A stretch of 64,000 nt of DNA from a virus, in the IMG/VR virus record IMGVR_UViG_3300027791_000013, positions 7,516 to 71,515 of that record, one strand, 5' to 3'. Of the stretch, positions 18,344 to 28,797 are shown piece by piece. Below the pieces are notes generated by a model, which ran no database searches, was not told where the DNA came from, and saw only the letters and a list, made by a program, of their open reading frames with translations. Positions within the stretch are counted from its first letter, which is position 1; the number at the start of each line of letters is the position of its first letter. A program made the translations under genes and the position numbers.

Positions 18344-20029
18344 ATGATTAAAAATAAACAAAATTATATGAATAACCCGAATCTACCTACAGTTGGTTCG
18401 GAATTTGAGTATACACCAAGCATGGTTCAAGACCTACAAAAGTGTAAGAAAAATATTTTACACTTTGCTGAAAAGTTTTTTTATATTATATCTTTAGACG
18501 AAGGTAAGAAGACAATTGATTTACATTATTGTCAGAAAAGAGCTTTACGTAAGATGAGAGATAATCGCTTTTTTATATTACTAGCAAGTCGCCAGATAGG
18601 TAAAACTACTATGATGACAATTTATGCTTTATGGGTAGCATGCTTTAATGAAGATCAAAGAATATTAATTGTAGCTAATAAAGAAGGTACAGCATTAGAA
18701 ATAATGAGTAGAATAAGATTAGCGTATGAAGAGTTACCTAACTGGTTGAAGCCTGGTGTTAAAGAGTATGGTAAAACTTCTGTTTTATTAGCTAACGGTA
18801 CAAAAATTGGTATATCTACTACAACAGGTACTGCTGCTCGAGGGCAATCAGTTAACTGTTTAATTCTTGATGAGCTTGCTTTTATTGAACCTCACTTGGT
18901 TGAAGATTTCTGGAAATCTGTATATCCGATTGTTTCGTCTTCGAAAAGGTCCAAGATTTTTATCGCTTCTACTGCTAACGGTACAGATAATCTTTTCTAT
19001 AAACTATATACAGGTGCTGAAAATAACGAAAATGATTGGGCTTGTGATAAAATTTTATGGAATGAAGTACCGGGTAGGGATGAAAAATGGAAGAACCAAA
19101 CTATAAATAGTATTGGTAGTAGAGATGCATTTGAGCAGGAGTTTAATTGTGAATTTATCTCATCTGGAGAAAGTTCAGTTAATGATGAGTTATTTCAAAA
19201 ACTTAAAAGTAAAACTTCTGAACCATTATTTGTATTTGATGATGGTAAGTATCTTCTTTGGGATGAGCCGACTGAAAACGGTATATATATAGCAAGCGTT
19301 GATACTGCTGAAGGTCTAGGTAAAGATGCATCAGTGGTTCAAATATTAGATTATACTGATTTAACTAACATTAAACAAGTAGCAGTATACCATAACAATG
19401 AAATATCACCATACAACTTTACTGAAAAGGTTTACGAAATTTTACAACATTGGGGAAACCCATTGGTTTGTGTTGAAAGAAATAATAGTGGTGGTCAAGT
19501 AGTTGATATACTAAAAAATACCCATGACTACGAAAATATTGTATCGTGGGGTGGTTCATTAGCCAATAGAAAGAAACAACAATTAGGTATAATTTCACAT
19601 ACTAATACGAAATATAAGGCAGTTACAAATATGCGATATTGGGTTAATGAATTAGAATCGGTTCAAATAAATGATAGTAGAACTGTTAAAGAATTAAAAA
19701 ACTATGTGAAAGCAGCTAACGGTACATGGAACGCAAAGAAGGGGTATCACGATGATTTGGTCACCTCACTCATGTGGAACTTAATTATACTTGATAATGA
19801 GATAGTTGAAACGTATTTTGATGTGGTTAAAAAAGATACAAATAATAGACCATTAGAACTACAACAAATGGATTTTGGTATTAAATATTTTATAGATCCG
19901 ACTTCTTTATATAGTAATGAAAAAAGCGGGTTAAATAATACACTACCAGTAATTATAGGTAACGCTTCTAATACTAATAGTGAAATAGATCAATTAAATA
20001 TGCAAGGTTATAAAGTATGGCAACCATAA
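18344..20029 (+). CDS. Terminase large subunit (T4 gp17-like)
   Basis: ASRQIGKTT, ILDELAF, IASTANG, FEQEFNCEF, VDTAEG, HDDLV. Confidence 0.95.
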   Translation: MIKNKQNYMNNPNLPTVGSEFEYTPSMVQDLQKCKKNILHFAEKFFYIISLDEGKKTIDLHYCQKRALRKMRDNRFFILLASRQIGKTTMMTIYALWVACFNEDQRILIVANKEGTALEIMSRIRLAYEELPNWLKPGVKEYGKTSVLLANGTKIGISTTTGTAARGQSVNCLILDELAFIEPHLVEDFWKSVYPIVSSSKRSKIFIASTANGTDNLFYKLYTGAENNENDWACDKILWNEVPGRDEKWKNQTINSIGSRDAFEQEFNCEFISSGESSVNDELFQKLKSKTSEPLFVFDDGKYLLWDEPTENGIYIASVDTAEGLGKDASVVQILDYTDLTNIKQVAVYHNNEISPYNFTEKVYEILQHWGNPLVCVERNNSGGQVVDILKNTHDYENIVSWGGSLANRKKQQLGIISHTNTKYKAVTNMRYWVNELESVQINDSRTVKELKNYVKAANGTWNAKKGYHDDLVTSLMWNLIILDNEIVETYFDVVKKDTNNRPLELQQMDFGIKYFIDPTSLYSNEKSGLNNTLPVIIGNASNTNSEIDQLNMQGYKVWQP

Positions 20030-20631
20030 ATCAATCACAGTTCAATAAAAGTAGATTAGATAAGTTTTTACTTGTTTTAAATCTTCCTCCTATTTTAAAA
20101 GAAATTAGTGAGCAATATTTGGGTAGTAGAAAAAATACTGGTATAATAGAAAATAGTTTACAGTTTTCTGTATACGGTACAGTTGTACCAGCTATACAAG
20201 TGCCGGAAGAAAGCTTATATTATGCAGGTCAATCAATGAAAGTATCGAAACATACAAGGCCAGTTTATGATAATGTAAGTGTTAACTTTACTATTGATAA
20301 TCAATTTAATAATTATTGGCTATTATATAAATGGCTTGATTTAATGAATGATGAAAAGATTTCTACGTTTAATGGTAAAGATATATTCAAGAAACCTAAT
20401 ATATCTCCAAAAGAACGTAATAATTTCAAAACTCTTACACCTACTGATCTTTATCAAACAGATATTTCATTGTATGCTAAGGATGAATTCGATAAAAATA
20501 AAGTTAAATTTGTATTTACTAAAGCTTTCCCAGTCAATTTAGGTAGTATTAATTTTAACTATAGGACCCCTGGAGAGATAGAAACTACTTTAGAGTTTGC
20601 ATTCTCTCAGTTATTAGTTGAATTGGTATAA
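20017..20631 (+). CDS. Tail completion / tube terminator (T4 gp3-like, tube fold)
   Basis: V.F.ID....NYW.LYKW, TDISL, AFPVNLGSINF pattern. Confidence 0.6.
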   Translation: MATINQSQFNKSRLDKFLLVLNLPPILKEISEQYLGSRKNTGIIENSLQFSVYGTVVPAIQVPEESLYYAGQSMKVSKHTRPVYDNVSVNFTIDNQFNNYWLLYKWLDLMNDEKISTFNGKDIFKKPNISPKERNNFKTLTPTDLYQTDISLYAKDEFDKNKVKFVFTKAFPVNLGSINFNYRTPGEIETTLEFAFSQLLVELV

Positions 20632-20662
20632 TTTTTATTCGGGAAGCCATAAATAATAGTAT

Positions 20663-23041
20663 ATGGCACGTACAATACAATCTCCCGGTGTAGAAATTAG
20701 AGAAATCGATCAATCTATTAGACCTGTGGTACCAGCAGGCACAAACGTTTTAATAACAGGTTTTGCCGATAAAGGGCCGACAGATGAAGTTATTCAAGTA
20801 ACTTCACGCAGCGAATTTGCTGATATCTACGGCGAACCAACGGTACCAGCAGAATTATATCTATCGAGTACAGCTCGAGCTTTATTTAACAGTCCAGCAA
20901 ATGTATTTGTTTACAGAATGCCATACGGTAAAGATAGAGGTGTTGGTTTTGGAAATAATTATAGTGTTTTAGCATACCCTGCATCTGCAGTTTCGGTAGG
21001 TGGTTCAGCCGCTACTTCGTTATCATCTTTTACTAATACTGGAGCAGCTAATAGTACACGTACAGTATTAATAGGTGAACCTGATCACTTTACAATTGAT
21101 CAAGATACATATTTTAGAATTCAGCAAAAAAATGGTTTTGACTGGGTAGATGAAACATCATCAAACTTTAATACTTTAGCAAGTCTTGGTAAAGCAGCAT
21201 TCCTCGTTATCAATAAAGCTCAAACAACGATTGACCAATCTTTTCAAGGTTATTACTTCGGTGCTATTGATAATACAAATTTAAATCCTGCTACAAATTT
21301 TGACGGTATTACAAATATTAAGACACTTAATGCAGCAGTAAGCGGTAATATTGGAAATTTAATAACAGAACCATTTATTAGCCTACCATCAACAAGACTC
21401 GACAATCTACTTTCAGCAAGATCTGATAATAATGTCGATACATTTGGTGCAAGTGATAATAGTATATCTGAGCAAATGGAAAATCTAACTGATTATGATA
21501 TTTCAACGAATCAATTTGATGATACATTATCGATTGGTTTATTCAGATTAGGAGTGACACCAAATACTAATAATACAATTAGATTAGCTTTAAATCTTGA
21601 AGAAACCGTAGTTGGTTCAACAGATTACCATAGACGTATTAATGACCCACAAGGTGGTGAGCCATTACCATTCAGGGTTGAAACTGATAACCAGTTACCT
21701 ACGATGGATATTTTGGTTAATGATTTCTTGAGTAACAGAAATAAATCAACATATTTAAATGCAGATGGTATACCTAAGACAAAAATTAGATTTGTAACTA
21801 CTAAAACGAAAGATTTAAATAATAATTGGGCTACTTTATCTGCAGCATATGGTGCGACGAATAACGCATCATCTCTTAGTCTATCAGGAGTTGTTAATTC
21901 AATTCAAACGCAAGCCTTACCAGGTAATACTAATAGCTTATTTGCTCTAGGTTCATATGCAGATACAGATCTTTCTACTAAAGTAATTGGTAATGTACCA
22001 CAAAAATTAGATCGACTATTAGATACTGTTGAAAATACTGAGAGATTTGATATCGACATTACAGTTGATGGTGGTCTTTCAACAATATATTCAGTATCAC
22101 AATCATTGAGTAGTGATTCATTCGACGACACAGCAAGACTTTCAGCTATTGATGGTTTTAGAACAACCAGAACTGATAATACAGGTTTGTCGGAGAGTAG
22201 TACGTCATTTAGAGGTTATTGGAATGATGTTATAAGTAGATTTTCAACATTTGCTGAATTTAGAAGAAAAGATCATATTTTTATTGCTGATTTACCTAGA
22301 TCAATATTTGTATCTGGTGAAAGTTTCTTAACTTTACAAGATGGTAATAAGAACTTCTCTAGAGATATACTTAATCCGATAAAAGCATTCGGCTCACAGG
22401 TTAATTCAAGTTATGCAGCTACTTACGGTCAATGGATACAAAGTAATGATACATTATATGGTGGATTGGCTTACTGCCCATCATCCGGATATCTTGCTTC
22501 AATCATGGCAAATACAGATGCTAATTTCGATCCATGGTTTGCACCAGCAGGCTTTACTAGAGGTAGATTAACAGGAGCAGCAGGTTTAGCATTGTTTCCA
22601 ACACAGAAACAAAGAGATCAACTATATAAGATATCAGTTAATCCAATTCCATCGTTCCCAGTTGAAGGACCTGTTGTATTTGGTCAAAAGACATTGCAAA
22701 AATTACCAAGTGCATTTGATAGAATTAATGTTAGACGTCTATTCTTATATCTTGAAAAAGCTACAAAGAATACAGTTAGAAACTTTATATTTGAACCAAA
22801 TACATTGCTAACGAGAACCCGAGTAGTTAATACATTAACACCTATTTTTGAAAATGTTAAAAACTCTGAAGGGTTGTTTGATTATTTGATTATTTGCGAT
22901 GAAAGAAATAATACACCAGATATTATTGATGCAAATGAATTAAGGGTTGATATATACTTGAAGCCAACAAGAGCTGCAGAGTTTATACTAGTTAATTTTT
23001 ACGCAACAAAGACAGGTACAGATTTTAACGAATTAGTTTAA
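20663..23041 (+). CDS. Contractile tail sheath protein (T4 gp18-like)
   Basis: SPGVEIREID, GFADKGP, PWFAPAGFTRG, FGQKTL, DRINVRRLF, FEPN, CDERNN. Confidence 0.95.
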   Translation: MARTIQSPGVEIREIDQSIRPVVPAGTNVLITGFADKGPTDEVIQVTSRSEFADIYGEPTVPAELYLSSTARALFNSPANVFVYRMPYGKDRGVGFGNNYSVLAYPASAVSVGGSAATSLSSFTNTGAANSTRTVLIGEPDHFTIDQDTYFRIQQKNGFDWVDETSSNFNTLASLGKAAFLVINKAQTTIDQSFQGYYFGAIDNTNLNPATNFDGITNIKTLNAAVSGNIGNLITEPFISLPSTRLDNLLSARSDNNVDTFGASDNSISEQMENLTDYDISTNQFDDTLSIGLFRLGVTPNTNNTIRLALNLEETVVGSTDYHRRINDPQGGEPLPFRVETDNQLPTMDILVNDFLSNRNKSTYLNADGIPKTKIRFVTTKTKDLNNNWATLSAAYGATNNASSLSLSGVVNSIQTQALPGNTNSLFALGSYADTDLSTKVIGNVPQKLDRLLDTVENTERFDIDITVDGGLSTIYSVSQSLSSDSFDDTARLSAIDGFRTTRTDNTGLSESSTSFRGYWNDVISRFSTFAEFRRKDHIFIADLPRSIFVSGESFLTLQDGNKNFSRDILNPIKAFGSQVNSSYAATYGQWIQSNDTLYGGLAYCPSSGYLASIMANTDANFDPWFAPAGFTRGRLTGAAGLALFPTQKQRDQLYKISVNPIPSFPVEGPVVFGQKTLQKLPSAFDRINVRRLFLYLEKATKNTVRNFIFEPNTLLTRTRVVNTLTPIFENVKNSEGLFDYLIICDERNNTPDIIDANELRVDIYLKPTRAAEFILVNFYATKTGTDFNELV

Positions 23042-23069
23042 TAACAAAGTCATCTAATTAAATAATTAC

Positions 23070-23474
23070 ATGGCAGATACCAAAGTATCAGATTTAACAC
23101 CAATTACTGTTGCTAATAACAGCGATGTATTATACATTGTTAGAGCATCTGCAGGAGGGACTTCTAATAAAATAACCTTTCAAGATCTACTTAGTGGGGT
23201 TAATGATAATATTACTACGTTAACGACAACCGTTAATACAAATCAAAGTACAGTACTTGATCTTTCAGGTACCTTTGAATCTGCTAATATTAACATAGGA
23301 CCTTTAACAACTACCACTCGAATATTATGTTCAATTCAACTTGGTTTATCAGCTGAATTAGATGAATTATCTGATGATGTTGAAGGTACAATAGGTACAG
23401 GTTTATCTCGAACAGTTGCAATTGGTGGTACAACATTAACATTTTTAAGCGGAGTATTAACACAAGTATCGTAA
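23070..23474 (+). CDS. Small fibre/collar-like virion protein
   Basis: MADTKVSDL..SDVLYIV..SNKITF, a fibre-type N-terminal motif; paralogous to the next ORF. Confidence 0.55.
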   Translation: MADTKVSDLTPITVANNSDVLYIVRASAGGTSNKITFQDLLSGVNDNITTLTTTVNTNQSTVLDLSGTFESANINIGPLTTTTRILCSIQLGLSAELDELSDDVEGTIGTGLSRTVAIGGTTLTFLSGVLTQVS

Positions 23475-23475
23475 A

Positions 23476-24126
23476 ATGGCAAATAGAAAATTAACAGAAT
23501 TACCTACCTTATCACCAATTAATTTTGATAGTACTGATTTACTTTATATAGTAGATGTACAAACAGATGCTTCAAAAAAAATTACCTACGCATCATTAGT
23601 TGGTAACTCTATAACCGGTTTAATATCATACAATGATAGTAATACGTTAAATATTAATTTTCTATCCGGTTCGATAGATCAAGATAGAGCAAGGCTCAAC
23701 GCGATTGAAGCCACAGCTGGTGCTGATGGTACTCGTATTGATAGTATTTCCGCTGCAGTTAGTAAGAATATAACTGATATACTTACAGTTTCTGCCTTAG
23801 CCATAGCTGGTGATAATACATTAGCTTTAAATGCATTAAGAACAGATGTTAATGTAATTAGTTCTGTACAACTAGGGTTGTCTGCAGAATTGGATGAATT
23901 ATCTGATGATACAGAAGGTTTGCAATCAGTACTTGCTACAGCGTCTGCTTTAGGTTTAACTAATGAAACAGGACTTGCCGCAGTCAGTTTGAGCGCTGAC
24001 GCGCTTAGTCTGAGCGCTAGCTCCTTTAACATGGTAGCAGCTGCTAGTAGTGATTTATCTGCTAGTCATACTTTTAATGTAAACTTAGGCGGTACAACAT
24101 ATAAAATATTATTACGCCAAGCTTAA
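23476..24126 (+). CDS. Small fibre/collar-like virion protein
   Basis: MANRKLTEL..DLLYIVD..SKKITY; coiled-coil-like body. Confidence 0.55.
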   Translation: MANRKLTELPTLSPINFDSTDLLYIVDVQTDASKKITYASLVGNSITGLISYNDSNTLNINFLSGSIDQDRARLNAIEATAGADGTRIDSISAAVSKNITDILTVSALAIAGDNTLALNALRTDVNVISSVQLGLSAELDELSDDTEGLQSVLATASALGLTNETGLAAVSLSADALSLSASSFNMVAAASSDLSASHTFNVNLGGTTYKILLRQA

Positions 24127-24161
24127 TTAAAGTTGGTATAAATGAATAAATATTAATAACC

Positions 24162-24707
24162 ATGGCACAGACTAGACAAACAATACAAAATTTTTATACG
24201 CAAGCACAAACAAAAGACTTCGCTAGAAATAATCTATTCAGAGTTTTAAATATAAACTTCGGCGGAGGTACAGATATTAGTTTTGATGAAGATGATTTAA
24301 TTTATGCTAAAACAGCTAACCTACCAGGTAAAGAAGTTACTTCTCAGACAGTACCATATATGGGGTTAGATTTTAATGTACCAGGTGTAACAAAATATAC
24401 AGGTAGTGATGGTTATACTATTACTTTTAGATGTGATGAAAGCTACGAATTAAGAAATAGATTTTTACAAGTTTTAAATGATACTTTTGATGATGCTGAT
24501 AGTACTGGTAATTACTTTATGCCTACTGCTGATAGTGTAATCGATTTAGCTTTATTAGATAAAGAATTGGACAGAGTATCTCAATTTCAACTAGTTGGAG
24601 TTGCAATTAAAAGTGTTGGTGAGTTAACTTACGATGTGACTGCTGAAGGCACTGTTCAAGATTTCGACGTAACAATTACGTATCACTACTTTAGACAAAC
24701 AGCTTAA
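24162..24707 (+). CDS. Tail tube protein (T4 gp19-like)
   Basis: ARNNLFRV, KTANLPG, VPYMGL.FNVPG, ITFRCDE; follows the sheath. Confidence 0.85.
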   Translation: MAQTRQTIQNFYTQAQTKDFARNNLFRVLNINFGGGTDISFDEDDLIYAKTANLPGKEVTSQTVPYMGLDFNVPGVTKYTGSDGYTITFRCDESYELRNRFLQVLNDTFDDADSTGNYFMPTADSVIDLALLDKELDRVSQFQLVGVAIKSVGELTYDVTAEGTVQDFDVTITYHYFRQTA

Positions 24708-24723
24708 AACATAAGTTAGTTCT

Positions 24724-24753
24724 AAAAAGCTCTCCTCGTGAGAGCTTTTTTTT
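24724..24753 (+). terminator. Rho-independent terminator
   Basis: AAAAAGCTCTC-CTCGT-GAGAGCTTTTTTTT after the tube gene. Confidence 0.85.
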
Positions 24754-24769
24754 GTATAAATATATTTAA

Positions 24770-25615
24770 ATGCCTACTAAAATATTAAATTCTGTTAATA
24801 ATGCTATACGAGGGGTAACAAACCCGATTAATAGTATAGTGGGTGGTACTTTAGCGCAACCTGGTTTATCATTATTTGGTACAAATTTACCCGGTACACC
24901 TTTAGTAAGTTTTAGAGATTCATTCTTACGTAGTTTAAGTCAATGGAATACATCTATACCTTTAAATACACAATTTATTGTTTTAATAGACAATTTTCCT
25001 CTAGGTTTATCTACTCAAGTGTTAAGAGATCTAGAACCTGTGGTTAATTCAACCGGGTTTGATATTAATTTAGCCAAAGAAACTACTTCTAATTTTAAAA
25101 ATCAGGGTATGGTTGGTTGTATTTTTGCAAACCAATTTAATATTCCTGATGATCAAGTAGAGGCAGATAAAGCTACTATACTTAATAATAGAGGATTTAT
25201 ACCAGGTTCAGTGATGAAAAATAGAAGTAATTTTGGTAATTTTAATTTAAGTTTAAGAGAGACTAATACTTCATTTGTTGATTTTGTAATTAGACCCTGG
25301 GTTATTATGGCATCTCATTACGGTCTAGTAGCTAGAAACCCTAATGATTTATCTGAAAGATTAAAAAATCCAAAGACTAATTTAACAGTAGTCCAATATA
25401 CGAGAAGTAAAGAAGGTTTATCTCAAATACCAAGAAAAACATGGAGATTTTATAATTGCGTACCTACATCTATCTCTACTAGAGATTACGCTAATAATGA
25501 AGAAGAAGGAGTTAAAAACTTTAATACAACTTGGACATTTGATAATTACGAAATAAGTAGTAATTTATATCTTAGTGTTACTGAGATGTTAAAAGCTATT
25601 AATCCTTTATTTTAA
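24770..25615 (+). CDS. Baseplate tail-tube initiator-like protein (gp54-like tube fold)
   Basis: ETNTSFVDFVIRPW, WRFYNCVPTSI, TWTFDNY; position after the tube gene. Confidence 0.55.
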   Translation: MPTKILNSVNNAIRGVTNPINSIVGGTLAQPGLSLFGTNLPGTPLVSFRDSFLRSLSQWNTSIPLNTQFIVLIDNFPLGLSTQVLRDLEPVVNSTGFDINLAKETTSNFKNQGMVGCIFANQFNIPDDQVEADKATILNNRGFIPGSVMKNRSNFGNFNLSLRETNTSFVDFVIRPWVIMASHYGLVARNPNDLSERLKNPKTNLTVVQYTRSKEGLSQIPRKTWRFYNCVPTSISTRDYANNEEEGVKNFNTTWTFDNYEISSNLYLSVTEMLKAINPLF

Positions 25616-26385
25616 TGAATTCATATTATTTCGACGACTACAAGATAACTGAACTTAGTTATTTTGAATACAAAAATCTAGTTAAAAATTTAATATCAGC
25701 TGAAGATCATAGAGTAGTAGATATATTTGAAGAAATAATAAATAATAAAGTCGAAAGCAAAACTGAATTAAATATAGGTAATAAAATAAAAATATTATTA
25801 CTATTAAGAAGTATTACTTTAGGAGAAGAAATAGAGTTAAATTTAAATAATAAACTATTTAAATATGATATTAATAAAATTGTCGATAGTATTAAATTTA
25901 AAACTGAACAATTTAAATACAGATCTTTAATATTCAATGCACCAAAAAAGATTCATTATAAAAGTAAATTTGAATGTTTAATTGACAATTTTTATAGCTT
26001 TGTAATTGATGGTAAAATAAAAATTATAGAAGAATATACATATAAACAGAAAGAGATATTACTGCAAAATTTAATAGGTTTTGAAACCAAAGAATTAACT
26101 AATGAATTTAATGAGTATATATCAAATTTTTGTTTGAAATATATAGATGATGCTGAAATAAATTTATACGATATTAATTTATTAAAATTTATAAAAAGTT
26201 TATTTCAAATCGATCTTAATGAAATGTATGATATAGAATATAATATAATGAACCATTTAAAATTTGATCCAGCAGTTTTTAACATGTATGGTTTACCAGA
26301 ATTAAGAATTTTTCTTAACAAATTCATTAAAGAGCAGGAAGAAAGTAAAAAACAAACTAGTGGTAATAATGGGTTAACTTTATAA
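25615..26385 (+). CDS. Baseplate hub assembly protein (gp26/gp51-like)
   Basis: LLLRSITLGEEIEL (gp26-like); C-terminal MY.IEY.IMNHLKF...PELRIF (gp51-like). Confidence 0.5.
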   Translation: MNSYYFDDYKITELSYFEYKNLVKNLISAEDHRVVDIFEEIINNKVESKTELNIGNKIKILLLLRSITLGEEIELNLNNKLFKYDINKIVDSIKFKTEQFKYRSLIFNAPKKIHYKSKFECLIDNFYSFVIDGKIKIIEEYTYKQKEILLQNLIGFETKELTNEFNEYISNFCLKYIDDAEINLYDINLLKFIKSLFQIDLNEMYDIEYNIMNHLKFDPAVFNMYGLPELRIFLNKFIKEQEESKKQTSGNNGLTL

Positions 26386-26393
26386 ATAACAGT

Positions 26394-27143
26394 ATGGATG
26401 ATAATTTTAATTCACTTTTAAAACAGATAGAGTCAAATAAAAAGAACGTAGTAGCCTACTCACCGACTCTACAAGATGATATTGAATTAAAATCGTTAAC
26501 AGTTGACCAACAAAGTGTTATTTTGGATTCAATATCCGATATATCATTATTGCAGGTAAATCCTATATATCTAATTATTAAGTTTAATACTAATTTTAAT
26601 AATATTATCAAACAAAATACTGATAATGAAGTTTTTGAAAAAATGACTTCAGTTGATAGAGCAAATATTATCATCTCATTTAGGAAAGAAATCTCAGATG
26701 AAATTGAGCAAGATGATGAAATTATAGATTTATCAAAGATTTTAGATCGTAATAAATCTATAGATATTATTGATTTTAACGAAGTTATTGAAAAAGATGG
26801 TTTTAAATTTAAAGTATCAGTACCATTGTTAAGTGAAGATACAATAGTAAATAAGATTTTATCTAAAAAATTAAAGGATAACCCATCGTCAAGCAATTTA
26901 GTAAGTGATATTTATCTATATGAAATTTTAAAATTTGTAGATTCAATACAATTTGAAGATAATGAAGAGGTTCAAATTAAAAAAGATTTTAAGAACTTAC
27001 AGCTTTTAAAGAAAATTAATCTTTCTACACTTAGTCCAGTTATTAAGTTTATTGAAAAGGTTAGAAGCTATGAAGAAGAATTTATAACGGTTCCTAGTAG
27101 CCAAGATAAATTATTACTTACACCAGATTTATTTGTAATATAG
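26394..27143 (+). CDS. Baseplate hub assembly protein (gp26-like)
   Basis: SP...IELKSLTVDQQ, TSVDR..IIISFR; context. Confidence 0.45.
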   Translation: MDDNFNSLLKQIESNKKNVVAYSPTLQDDIELKSLTVDQQSVILDSISDISLLQVNPIYLIIKFNTNFNNIIKQNTDNEVFEKMTSVDRANIIISFRKEISDEIEQDDEIIDLSKILDRNKSIDIIDFNEVIEKDGFKFKVSVPLLSEDTIVNKILSKKLKDNPSSSNLVSDIYLYEILKFVDSIQFEDNEEVQIKKDFKNLQLLKKINLSTLSPVIKFIEKVRSYEEEFITVPSSQDKLLLTPDLFVI

Positions 27144-27163
27144 TGGTGTAATTAAATATTTAT

Positions 27164-28759
27164 ATGGCCGATGTTACAATCTTAGAAGCTATATCTTTAT
27201 TAACAAAAGTATCTGCAGATTCAAGCAGTATGATAAAGAAGCTATCTGATAGGATAGATAATGGTAGTACAGTTTCTAAAGGTAAAAAAGAAAAAAAAGA
27301 GCTAGTGCAAAAAGCTTCCCCGGTAATAGTAACTGATTTTGGTAAAGCAGCTGAAAAGGACCTAGCAAGATTAGGTGGTAATGCTGAAAAAGAAAGACAA
27401 AACACTGAAAAAGAAAAGAATAAAAATAGTAACCTTTTAAAATTATTAGGCTTAGCAGGAGCAGCTGCACTAGCAATGAAATTTCTTTTTGATGGTGAAG
27501 GTTTTACAGGCTTAGTTCAAGGCTTTCAAAATGCAGTAAAAACAGTGACTAAATTTGCTAGTAAAGTAAAGGGGCTTGTTGATGATATTGGTAAAAGACT
27601 AGGTACATTTGCAGATGACGTTGGTAAAAGGGTAGGAACTTTAGTTGATAATATAATGGCTAAGACAGGTCAGTGGGCCGCTAAAGCTAAAACCGGTATT
27701 AAAAATGCTATGGATGATATCGGTAAAAAATTAGGTAGTTTTGGAGATGAAATAGTTAGAGGAGCGCAGAAAGCTATTAATAGTGTTAAAAATGTAGCTG
27801 GTAGAGTATCATCAGTGACTAAATCAGCTGTTACTGGCGTTGCCGGCGGGGCTACCGATGATGTTTTAAAAACTACTGCAAAAGTTGCTGCTAGAACAAC
27901 TGGTAAAGGAGCAATAAACGCCATGACAAGTTCAATTTCACCGGGTATTCAAACACCGGGTAAACCAACAAGAACTGGAGGAGCTAGCCCAGTAAAGCCT
28001 GGTGGTCCAAGTAGACTTGATAATATAACGAAAAGATTAAAAGGTTTATTAGGTAAAATTAAACCTTTAAAACTTATGAAAGGTCTTTTAAAGAGTCCGT
28101 TTTTAGCTCCAATAGTTGAAACGTTTTTTACTATGGGCGACGTAAAAGGCTATGTTAAAGATTACGGAGCAGGTGAATTGTCATTAGATGAATTAAATAA
28201 CAAGACTGGTACAAGATTAATACAGTCTATTACAGCATTATTAGGAGGGGCCGGTGGGGCTATGTTAGGTGGTATTTTAGGCTCACCTATACCGCTTGCA
28301 GGAAATATCGCTGGGGCTATTATTGGTGGTATTCTAGGTGATGTTGGAGGTAGATTTGTAGGTAAATTATTAGCACCTGCTTTAGGTAAAAACGTATCAG
28401 GTTTAGGTGAATTTGCTTTATCATCACCACTATTTAAAATGCCAGAAATGGAAAATATTGAAGATGGTATTATTACTAGGAAGGGTAAAGTTATAAAACC
28501 ATCTGCAGATGATACAATATACGCGATGAAAGATGGTGGACCTTTAGGAGAAGCGTTAAATAAAACCCCTAAAATGTTAGGTAGTTTAATAGATGTAGAA
28601 ATAGATAGTCTTAAATTAATGCAGGAACAAAACTCATTACTTAAAGCAATTCTTGAAAAAACTGGTAGTATATCCCCTGCAGTTAACATGCAAAACAATA
28701 AACAAACAAATTTTAACCAAAGTGGAGATACATTTAGATCTCTACAAATGGGATATTAA
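27164..28759 (+). CDS. Tape-measure-like / baseplate hub protein (gp29-like)
   Basis: Ala/Gly/Lys-rich helical repeats, glycine-zipper hydrophobic segment, position before gp48/gp53-like genes. Confidence 0.55.
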   Translation: MADVTILEAISLLTKVSADSSSMIKKLSDRIDNGSTVSKGKKEKKELVQKASPVIVTDFGKAAEKDLARLGGNAEKERQNTEKEKNKNSNLLKLLGLAGAAALAMKFLFDGEGFTGLVQGFQNAVKTVTKFASKVKGLVDDIGKRLGTFADDVGKRVGTLVDNIMAKTGQWAAKAKTGIKNAMDDIGKKLGSFGDEIVRGAQKAINSVKNVAGRVSSVTKSAVTGVAGGATDDVLKTTAKVAARTTGKGAINAMTSSISPGIQTPGKPTRTGGASPVKPGGPSRLDNITKRLKGLLGKIKPLKLMKGLLKSPFLAPIVETFFTMGDVKGYVKDYGAGELSLDELNNKTGTRLIQSITALLGGAGGAMLGGILGSPIPLAGNIAGAIIGGILGDVGGRFVGKLLAPALGKNVSGLGEFALSSPLFKMPEMENIEDGIITRKGKVIKPSADDTIYAMKDGGPLGEALNKTPKMLGSLIDVEIDSLKLMQEQNSLLKAILEKTGSISPAVNMQNNKQTNFNQSGDTFRSLQMGY

Positions 28760-28797
28760 ATTTGACTATAATTTTCCACCAGGATTAAATATTTATA

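Noticed and set aside
18326-18361. ORF-track N-terminal extensions here and at 63625-63639, 33240-33245, 2139-2153
   Set aside because: They use non-ATG starts and mostly run through or abut promoter motifs; the downstream ATGs fit the recurring geometry
27160-28698. Several minus-strand ORFs (up to 178 aa) opposite the tape-measure-like gene
   Set aside because: Antisense shadows from codon bias; no motifs or promoters
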